From Octopus bimaculoides (lineage: Eukaryota), in NCBI RefSeq assembly GCF_001194135.2, contig NC_068994.1, forward strand, positions 44,649,798-44,713,797: a stretch of 64,000 bases of DNA. The letters run 5' to 3'. Within the stretch, counting starts at the first letter, position 1, and every line of letters starts with the position of its first letter. Below are positions 48,023-57,550 of the stretch, piece after piece. The position numbers and the translations under genes were made by a program. Under the pieces are notes generated by a model. The model made no database searches. It was given only the letters and a program-made list of their open reading frames with translations, and was not told the DNA's origin.

Positions 48023-49522
48023 ATGAATTCAATGCTTGTGTCTAACCAGATGCATAATTCTTCATCAGTTCATAATATGGAACGAATGTACAATTGTAAT
48101 ATCTGTATGAAGACATTTTCAAGATATGACAATTTAGAACGACACAAGCTAACTCACCAAATGGAAAAACCCTTCAACTGTGACATATGTGGCAAAGCCT
48201 TTAGCCAGAAATATCACTTGAAGCAACACCAAGTTACTCACACTGGAGAGAAACCTTTTAAGTGCAATATCTGTGACCACAGCTTCTCACGCAATGGCAA
48301 CCTTTCTAGACATATGGCAATTCATACCAAAACTCTGTCCCCGAACAATACATCAAGACCGCCTCTTCATTCCTCTTCTTACGATGACAATCCATATAAT
48401 TGTGATGTCTGTGGTAGGGCTTCACAGAATCAGAAACAAAACATGGGACACACAGTGATTAATTCGGTAGATAAACCATTTAAATGTGATATCTGTGGTT
48501 GCACTTTTTCTCGTAGCGGTGATCTAACGAGACATATGAAGACACACGAGAAACCTCTCCAGCCATACCATAACAACGGAGGCACGAGTTCGCCTCCGTA
48601 TCAAAGTGAGAACCCATTTAATTGTAAAGCTTGCTGGAAGGCTTTTTCTCAGAGAGCTGGTGTAAATGTTCATGAGAAAATTCACAAAGCACTTAAACCA
48701 TTCCAATGCGATGAATGTGGAAAGGCATTCTCTCAACGTACACATTTACAAGTTCACAAAAGTCGTATACATACAGGTAACAAACAGTTCAAACCAAGCG
48801 GAGAGACAACTCCTTCAAGATCAAAATCTCACGAGAATCCATTGAACTGTGACATCTGCTGGAAAGCTTTCTCTCAAAGATCTCTCGTGAGCCTGCACAA
48901 ACGTATTCATTCTGTTGTTTTACCATTTGAGTGCAACATATGTGGCAAAGTTTTCACTGAAAAGGGAAACTGGAAGAGACATCAACGCAGTCATTTGGGA
49001 GAAAAATTGTTCAGTTGTGACGTGTGTTCAAAAACATTTTTACAGCGATCCCACTTAAAAGAGCATCAGAAAACTCATTCTGGTGAACGTCCCTTCAAAT
49101 GTTCAACCTGTGGTTACGCATTTTCTCGTAAAGATCACCTCGAGCGCCATCAACGAACTAATAAATGTTCCAAAAAAGTGAACTGCACTCTTCAGCAAAC
49201 ATCATCGTCATCATCCTCATCAGGCAACACTGGGGAAAATCCTAACAACAGCAACAACAATCACCAGTTAAATATTACACACCACCCGACCACGACTGCT
49301 CCTAATGTGCCACCCCAGCATTCAAATGTACCACGACACCATACTACAGAGATCCCCCAGCACACAAACTTACCTAACGCCCCAATGTATCCGGCCACCA
49401 CTCAAATGTACCCTACCACTATACAATTGTATCCAAGTACACCTGTGTTTCCAACCATACAAATGTATCCAAATGCATCCCAGATATTTGCAGCAAACAA
49501 CCAAATATTTCCAAACAATTAG
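48023..49522 (+). CDS. C2H2 zinc-finger protein ZNF-C, 499 aa from ATG 48023 (490 aa from ATG 48050), 11 fingers (one degenerate, last ends H-x5-C), Pro/Gln/Thr/Tyr-rich C-terminus
   Basis: Open frame after the poly-T/N-gap; the track start at 47540 is an artefact of translating across Ns. The first AG after the poly-T is 48048-48049, directly before ATG 48050, so the N-terminus is uncertain. Confidence 0.9.
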   Translation: MNSMLVSNQMHNSSSVHNMERMYNCNICMKTFSRYDNLERHKLTHQMEKPFNCDICGKAFSQKYHLKQHQVTHTGEKPFKCNICDHSFSRNGNLSRHMAIHTKTLSPNNTSRPPLHSSSYDDNPYNCDVCGRASQNQKQNMGHTVINSVDKPFKCDICGCTFSRSGDLTRHMKTHEKPLQPYHNNGGTSSPPYQSENPFNCKACWKAFSQRAGVNVHEKIHKALKPFQCDECGKAFSQRTHLQVHKSRIHTGNKQFKPSGETTPSRSKSHENPLNCDICWKAFSQRSLVSLHKRIHSVVLPFECNICGKVFTEKGNWKRHQRSHLGEKLFSCDVCSKTFLQRSHLKEHQKTHSGERPFKCSTCGYAFSRKDHLERHQRTNKCSKKVNCTLQQTSSSSSSSGNTGENPNNSNNNHQLNITHHPTTTAPNVPPQHSNVPRHHTTEIPQHTNLPNAPMYPATTQMYPTTIQLYPSTPVFPTIQMYPNASQIFAANNQIFPNN

Positions 49523-50719
49523 AAAATCAATCAGCTTACTAAAAGATTGTTTTTGTTGTTTTTTTTTCCCGTCAATTCCTCTTTAGCTTTTTCATTGCGA
49601 AAGAAAAAAACAAAAACATTTTTCTATGAATTATTTTTATATCAAACAATTAATTAATACACCCCCCACACACACACACTTTTTTTTTTTTTTTGTGAAC
49701 TCGGCATGATTACTACTATTATCATATCCAGACTATTTCTATTTTTCTGATTCTATTTGGAGTTTTTTCCTTTAGCTCTGAAATAATGCCATTTTTTGCT
49801 TGGATTTTAAGTAACTGACTCAAAAACCAATGACAAAATTAAAAAAGGGACGAGACAGGACAACCTAGCAGATTGCTACCTGTATCCAGCTGTCACCAAT
49901 AACAGTTCAATTTCTTTTGCTATTTGTGAATTTCTATGATGTTATCACCTGTTATATAGTCACCATTTATAATTATTATTATTATTATTATTACTATTAT
50001 TATTACGATTATTATTATTACTATTATGTTTATTAATCAAGCCAAATACGAAGGTTTTTTTTTTCTTTTTGTTTTGTTCTTGTTTCTTCAAATGAAATTT
50101 TTAAAGATATTTGTAAAAACCACAAATCCAGACATTTATTAGAAGAGTTTATAAAATAGACTTAAAATCAAATTATGCACTGAAATTTTATAAATTTTAA
50201 ATTAGTCTCCGTTTTCTTCTACATTTTAAATGTTATCCATTGAAAGGCTTTCTTTCACAAAAGATCCCTAGANNNNNNNNNNNNNNNNNNNNNNNNNNNN
50301 NNNNNNNNNNNNNNNNNNNNNNNNNNNNNNNNNNNNNNNNNNNNNNNNNNNNNNNNNNNNNNNNNNNNNNNNNNNNNNNNNNNNNNNNNNNNNNNNNNNN
50401 NNNNNNNNNNNNNNNNNNNNNNNNNNNNNNNNNNNNNNNNNNNNNNNNNNNNNNNNNNNNNNNNNNNNNNNNNNNNNNNNNNNNNNNNNNNNNNNNNNNN
50501 NNNNNNNNNNNNNNNNNNNNNNNNNNNNNNNNNNNNNNNNNNNNNNNNNNNNNNNNNNNNNNNNNNNNNNNNNNNNNNNNNNNNNNNNNNNNNNNNNNNN
50601 NNNNNNNNNNNNNNNNNNNNNNNNNNNNNNNNNNNNNNNNNNNNNNNNNNNNNNNNNNNNNNNNNNNNNNNNNNNNNNNNNNNNNNNNNNNNNNNNNNNN
50701 NNNNNNNNNNNTTAAATTA

Positions 50720-51070
50720 CCCCATCCCCATTTCCTTCATTTTTTAACTTTTTTCAGAAATTTTTTTTTCAAAATATGTGGAAAAATACAGAGATTATTA
50801 TGATTCTGAAAAAAATTTCCAAAAATATTTGTAAAATTCTTTTTTTTTTCTAAATATGCGGAAAAATGCAGACATTATGATTCGGACAAAAATTTCAAAA
50901 CATTTCTGTAGTTACGGTTAGGGTTAGTTTTGGGGAAAAAAAGTCAAAATTGAAGAATTTGGTGGGGAAAGCGGGGTAAAATTTAACAATGCCAATTTTT
51001 GGCAATTTTCCAGAACCTCCGTATCTGAAAACGGGGGTTTTTGGCAAAAATTTTTTTTTTTTTGCATATG
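50720..51070. repeat. Unclassified repeat with two ~60-bp direct repeats and ggttagggttag
   Basis: aaatatgtggaaaaatacagagattattatgattctg.. (about 50773) versus aaatatgcggaaaaatgcagacattatgattcgg.. (about 50852). Confidence 0.45.
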
Positions 51071-51584
51071 AATGTCAAAGTGCAGAATGTAAACATTCTT
51101 AGATACACTCACATTGCACACATAAATACACACACACTCTCATATATATGTTTATATACACAGTATTTTTACTGGTCAGCTCAGTGAGTTCAGATGGTTG
51201 TAACTTACTTGCCTGATGACGCTGCACACCCAGAAACAAAACTCAAAATAGCAAGAGACTGGCTCAACCAAAATAGAAGTATCATTAATCCTTACTAAGG
51301 TACTGAGTGTGCTTTCTTCAAAAGGTCAACACGAAATGTGTGTGTGTATATACACACACAAAACAGACTTCATAGTTTTTTGGGTTTTTTTTCATGTAAA
51401 GTTTCTTCTACTGGACCAAATCTCAATTTTTTTATGACAAAATGTAGCTAGGGACCAGTCCTCTTCAAAATTGTTAACGGTTTTTCATTTGGTCAAGAAC
51501 CAAATTAGTGACAAGCTCTGAAAGATGCTGCATGTGAGTAAATTGCAGACTTAAGAATATCATTCAACTACTATCATAGTTGTA

Positions 51585-51940
51585 TGACTGGCTTCTTTCA
51601 GTTTCCAACTACCAGACCCACTCATGAAACTATGTTTGGCTCAGGGCTACAGTAGACAACACATGCTCAAGGTGCTGTGCAGTGGGACTGAACCCAAGAC
51701 CTCAGAGCCATGCATGTATATACACCCACTTCGAGCGTGGCCGTTTTCGTGCGGGTGACACGTAAAAGCACCCACTACACTCTCTGAGTGGTTGGCGTTA
51801 GGAAGGGCATCCAGCTGTAGAAACTCTGCCAAATTGGATTGGAGCTTGGTGTTGCCATCCGGTTTCACCAGTCCTCAGTCAAATCGTCCAACCCATGCTA
51901 GCATGGAAAGCAGACGTTAAACGACGACGATGATGATGAT
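51585..51940. mobile_element. Partial family C head (-) joined to a truncated family D element (+, 51715-51940, GAC/GAT tail)
   Basis: Homology to 19750-19910 and 19440-19620. Confidence 0.75.
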
Positions 51941-52339
51941 GAACTTTGTGTGTGTGTGTGTTACTGTCTCCTTGCCTCAATAGTTATAAATGAACGTCAC
52001 TGTCATGCAAGCATGGAAAAGTGGATGTTAAAATGATGATAATAATATTTAAAGGAGTAAAAACATTAAAGAGCACGACTGTAGTTGAAATGAAGTGGAA
52101 TTATTAATGGCTCAGCCAAGCAGAAAATATACAGAGGCAGGATTCCATTGTTAGAATCAACACCTGAATGAGAATAAATATGTACTTTTCCTATTATACA
52201 CCACATCAGAACATGATGGTTAAATATTTCAAAGAAGTTTTTACAAGATCAGTTCATCTCCACTGTGTGGTACCTTGGGTAAATGTCTTATACAGTAGCC
52301 CTGGGTCAATCAATATCTTGGTACAAAAAAAAACATATA

Positions 52340-52490
52340 TATGACAGGCTTCTTTCAGTTTCTGTCTACCAAATCCACTCACAAGGCTTTGGTCGACCCG
52401 AGGCTATAGTAGAAGACACTTGCCCAAGGTGCCACTGAACCCGGAACCATGTGGTTGGTAAGCAAGCTACTTACCACACAGCCACTCCTG
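52340..52490 (-). mobile_element. Family C SINE head, well conserved
   Basis: Near reverse complement of 19750-19905. Confidence 0.85.
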
Positions 52491-52574
52491 TGTCTCATTT
52501 TTCCACCTCTTGTCACCCATATTGTGTTTGAAGCTTGATACTAACCACTTACCCATGGTTAGTCCACATTACTC

Positions 52575-52790
52575 TATAAAGAGCATAGGGCCAGTTTCTC
52601 TGCCTTAATTATTCCTCCCTGGACAGGACACCGGTCTGTCATAGGATTACTTGCTTTTACCAGCTGAGTGGACTGGAGTAACATGAAATGGAGTGTTGTG
52701 CTGAAGAACACAACATATTGCTCAGTCCAAGAATCGAAGCCACAAACTTATGATCACGAGTCCAACACCCTAACCTCTAAGCCATGCGAC
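52575..52790 (-). mobile_element. Family F-related SINE
   Basis: ccagctgagtggactggagtaacatgaaatg..gctgaagaacacaac..gaatcgaagcc..ctaacctctaagccatgc is the reversed family F head and central domain. Confidence 0.65.
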
Positions 52791-53167
52791 TCTGCATACC
52801 ACTTACCCATCCTTCCCCAGAATTCACTCCCTGCCCCTGTTCTACTGAGGTGGTGTCATTCTCTGTCACATTGCACTCTCATCTGAGAAAGATAAATACG
52901 ACATCATTCTATTTAATTATAAAACTTAGATTTGTTTCGACCAAAGATTGGTCAAGGCCATGTCTAACTTAATAGCATCACCTGATAGGATTATCTAAAT
53001 CCTTTTTACAGTTAAGTTTTGTTTATGGTCCATTCAAGTAGTGAGTTGTATCCATGTATGGGTGGCTTGTCTGGTATTCTTTGAAGAAAGCTGTCTAGAC
53101 TCCGTTTAAAGCCGACAGGATCCTTTTCCTCTTTAATATGATCAGCAAACTGGAATGGTGTATTATT

Positions 53168-53490
53168 TTTTACTTGCTTTAGTCACTGGACTGCAGCCAT
53201 GCTGGAGCACCATTTTGTTGAACAAATCAATCCCAGTACTTTTTTTTTTATGTTTGGTATTCCATCAGTATTGCTGAACCTGTTAGTTACAGCGACATAA
53301 ACAAACCAATGCTGGTTGTGAAGCAGTTGTGGGAGACAAACCTGAATATGCACACACAACAGGTTTCAGCACAGTTTCCATGTACCAAGTTCACTCAAGG
53401 CATTGGTCAACCTTGGGACACTGCCCCGGTGTCAATCAGTGTGACTGGACACAGAACCACATGGTTGCAAAGTGAGCTACTTAAACACAT
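53168..53490 (-). mobile_element. Composite C+E SINE, diverged
   Basis: Same module order as 29275-29645. Confidence 0.65.
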
Positions 53491-54532
53491 AGCTATTGCC
53501 TGGGCCTGTATTGTTTAATTATATGAATTTAGAAGACTTTAAAAAGACAGTAAAAAGAATATACCAAAACCATTCTCTTGGCATGTCTCACAGACTGCCT
53601 CTATTTGTAAGATTTATGTATACAGTGGAAGCTGCTTATTGCAATCAGTTTGGGACTGATTACTTTTGATAACATTATATGGTACTTAAGTAGTAGCCAC
53701 TGTATAAGGATGAATGTATTTTCCCAACCAGTGTATAATTCATGCAGTGTTTATTGTGTTCCATATATATAAAAGTTCCACAGCTTTAATTCTTTTGGTA
53801 CCAACCTGATGCCACCCTTCGTTCTATGATACAAACTTGTTATTTTAACAAATCCACTCATAAAGCTTTGATTGGCCCTTGCCTTTAGTAGAAGACACTT
53901 GCCCAAGGTATCATGCAGTGGAACTGAATCCAGACCATGTGGATTAGGAAGCAAACTTCTTACCACACAACACACACGCATACTGTCTTCAATTAATCAA
54001 ATTATGACTGTTTTATTAACATTTTGATGTTATCTGGTAAGCTGTTGTTTGTGTGTCTCACAGGCATGGCCATGGGATTGGAAAGTTTGTTTCCATCCAC
54101 TTGATTTCTGTTTCAGTTCCACTACATGGCACCTTGGACAAGTGTCTGCTGTAGCCCTGGGTTGGGTCTATTTTGGAGATGAGTGTCCCCAATACGACGT
54201 CGACAACGGGATGGGAGAGTTATGTTGTGGGCTGGTATCATTGGGGACGACTTGTTGGCCCAGTTAGGGTGCCTGAAGGGGTTAAAGTAACATATCTAAT
54301 GAGAATGGATCTTTTAACGAACAGATGGTTTACAATTTTACGCAGATTACGCGACATCGTATTCCACGTAAGTTCATTATCTTTTGTCAATGTAGATTAT
54401 AACTGATTATAGTCAATAATTAGCTGTACTTCCAAGGTAATTAATATTTAATCAGAAGATAAAAGAAACAATGTTACCACAGAATATATATTGGTATAAA
54501 ATGTGTTCAGAAATACTTCGTTAATAAATTAT

Positions 54533-54539
54533 AAAAAAA
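54533..54539 (-). terminator. RNA polymerase III terminator (T7) of the tRNA-Met gene
   Basis: Seven Ts on the minus strand 4 nt after the discriminator base. Confidence 0.85.
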
Positions 54540-54543
54540 GTAC

Positions 54544-54636
54544 TGCCCCGGGTGAGGATCGAACTCACGACCTTCAGATGGCTCTTTCTTTGCATTGATT
54601 ATGAGACTGACGCGCTGCCTACTGCGCTACCGAGGC
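54544..54636 (-). tRNA. tRNA-Met-CAT: Elongator tRNA-Met (CAT) with a 20-nt intron (54599-54580) between positions 37 and 38
   Basis: GCCTCGGTAGCGCAGTAGGCAGCGCGTCAGTCTCATA|ATCAATGCAAAGAAAGAGCC|ATCTGAAGGTCGTGAGTTCGATCCTCACCCGGGGCA. The spliced 73-nt product is nearly identical to vertebrate elongator tRNA-Met, including the U31:U39 pair; A/B boxes and stems are intact. Confidence 0.95.
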
Positions 54637-55534
54637 GCTTAGAAATTATTCCTTCTAGTATAGTATTTGGTATTTATGCAATTATTTCAGCTATTAACTG
54701 AATCACACAGTTGACGGCTTTCTCACTCAAGGGAGATAACTGTTAAACCACCTCTAAAATTTGGACCTAAACATGGCAACAAAAGAAAAGTTCTGGTGTC
54801 TGTTAAGGTGATAATCATGCCATCTCCTCTGCGTAACCAGGGTACACTACGTCTCTCCAGATTCCAAATTCAAATCTTAAAGGAATTGATTTTACTATTC
54901 ATCGTTTAATGAAGGAAATGCAATAAACACGTAAACTTTATTTTTTACACATTCATCACACGATGATGAAGACAAGGAAGAGTCCCGTTCAAGGGGAACA
55001 ACTCTTTATTGAATATGAATTTATTTGTATGTATTGCAATACCCGAAAATCTGAATTATTAAGGATTTCAAATACTAAATAAGAATTATTAATAAGGATT
55101 CCCTATCGTTGAAGTGTTAATTCGTGGATTCCGTATCAACAATGGTGGGTTATAAATGCAGCAACCTAAAGATTAAAAATAAGAAAAATATTTATATCAC
55201 GGACATTAACGAATGTTTACAGAACGGTTAAAACTGAATTATCAAAAATTTTTTTTTTTTTTTTTTTTTTTTTNNNNNNNNNNNNNNNNNNNNNNNNNNN
55301 NNNNNNNNNNNNNNNNNNNNNNNNNNNNNNNNNNNNNNNNNNNNNNNNNNNNNNNNNNNNNNNNNNNNNNNNNNNNNNNNNNNNNNNNNNNNNNNNNNNN
55401 NNNNNNNNNNNNNNNNNNNNNNNNNNNNNNNNNNNNNNNNNNNNNNNNNNNNNNNNNNNNNNNNNNNNNNNNNNNNNNNNNNNNNNNNNNNNNNNNNNNN
55501 NNNNNNNNNNNNNNNNNNNNNNNNNNNNNNNNNN

Positions 55535-55576
<42 letters not shown>

Positions 55577-56235
55577 CATATATATTTATTTATTTATATT
55601 AATGGCATTACTATACATAAATGCCTCACGCTAGGAGGGACTCTTAAAGTCAAAACTACCATAATAAACACATTGTACCGAACGCGAGGGAATGCAACTC
55701 TCGAAGCAAGCCTTTTAATGCCCTTAATATAAATAAATATATTTAAAGGGAATAATTAATAATTTTTTCCCTTATGAGGTTTTTCACGCTAACTACTTAC
55801 TCTTTTACTCTTTTACTTGTTTCAGTCTTTTTGACTGTGGCCATGCTGAAGCACCGCCTTGATAATTCTTATAAAGATTTTATCCTATTTTAAAATTATA
55901 CACACACACACACATATATATATACACACACACACAATGTGTGTGTGTGTGTGTGTGTCCTATAGATCCCGAGTGTCCTAGTATGGCTGCGTAAGTGTTG
56001 GCGTGAGATTTCAGAATGATGTTAAAGGAAATGGAGAAATATCGAAATTTAAAAAGGCGAAAGAACGAGTTCTCCAAGCAAACGTCCGACTCACTAGCCC
56101 AATACATATGTGTGTGTGTGTGTGTGAACGGTATATCATAGCATGTTTATATGTATATGTATACACGCATGCTATTATACAGACGACACTCACTGATATA
56201 GATATGAGTAGAGAGATATCCATGCACACATATAT

Positions 56236-56559
56236 GCTGTTGTTGGCACTCCGTCGCTTACGACGTCGAGGGTTCCAGTTGATCCGATCAACGGAACAGC
56301 CTGCTCGTGAAATTAACGTGCAAGTGGCTGAGCACTCCACAGACACGTGTACCCTTAACGTAGTTCTCGGGGATATTCAGCGTTACACAGTGTGACAAGG
56401 CTGACCCTTTGAATTACAGGCACAACAGAAACAGGAAGTAAGAGTGAGAGAAAGTTGTGGAGAAAGAGTACAGCAGGGTTCGCCACCATCCCCTGCCAGA
56501 ACCNNNNNNNNNNATGACTGCGAGTCCGCTGCCCTAACCACTGGGCCATTGCGCTTCCA
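56236..56559 (-). mobile_element. Family A SINE, near full length (10-N gap inside)
   Basis: Reverse complement of 918-1281 with an intact tRNA head gtggaagcgcaatggcccagtggttagggcagcgg. Confidence 0.9.
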
Positions 56560-57357
56560 CATTGTCCAATGTATACTTCTTGTTTTAAGACGGTAGTTTA
56601 TATTTCAAGGGTTTTTGGTGCTACAGATAAGCAGATCGAGTGACCTCGTCGTGACTTTCACAGTCTCATTCTACGACAGTTTTTTTTTTTTTCACTTTCC
56701 TTTTTGATGTAGATAATATGTTTCTCGTCGGTCCTCCAAGGATTTTTTTTTTATATTCGTAAATACTACACTACAGAAAAATTAGCTTTTTGTGTTTGTT
56801 TACTGCCATCGTCGTAATCGTTTTAAAGTCATTAAGAAAACAGAGAGGTCGATGAACTTTTCCCAGTACGTTTAAGGTCATGAGATTCTTTCAAATCATT
56901 AAGTTTATAATTATACATAGGTGATAATGAGGACTCTATAGTGTAATTAGCAACAAAGTCACCTGGCGTGTTTTAATTATAACTTCGTGCTTTTCTAATT
57001 ATGACTGTTTTCTATTTCAGAAAAACAGAAATTATCTACTAAATAAATGTTTAGAGATAGCGTGAGAAGGTCTCTCAGTAATATCATTTAGAATGTTGCA
57101 GCTTTCATTCGACTTGAATAGCACATGGATTGATTACTGTCAAGTACTGTTATTTTTTTATCCTTTCTTTTTTTAAATTTTTTTGCATTAAGTTGATCAT
57201 TCATGAATTCCTGCTATTTTAAATCTAAAAACAATGCCAACTCCGACCAATTTACGTTGCGTAGTAAGTCGAAAGCTTCTCAATCACATGGTTTTGGATT
57301 CAATCCAATTGTATGGAAACTTGAGCAAGTGTTATCTACTATAGCCCCAACACTTTT

Positions 57358-57550
57358 GGTGAGAGAAAGTTGTGGTGAAAGAGTACAACAGGGTTCGCCA
57401 CCATCCCCTGCAGAAGCCTCATGGAGCTTTTAGGTGTTTTCGCTCAATANNNNNNNNNNGCCTCATGGAGCTTTTAGGTGTTTTCGCTCAATAAACACTC
57501 ACAACGCCCGGTCTGGGAATCGAAACCGCGAATCCGCTGCCCTAACCACT
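57358..57550 (-). mobile_element. 5' part of a family A SINE, preceded by a family C fragment (about 57255-57350)
   Basis: gagagaaagttgtggtgaaagagtac..aaacactcacaacgcccggtctgggaatcgaaaccgcg. Confidence 0.8.

Noticed and set aside
57416-57490. Duplicated gcctcatggagcttttaggtgttttcgctcaata
   Set aside because: The copies flank a 10-N gap; typical scaffold-join overlap.
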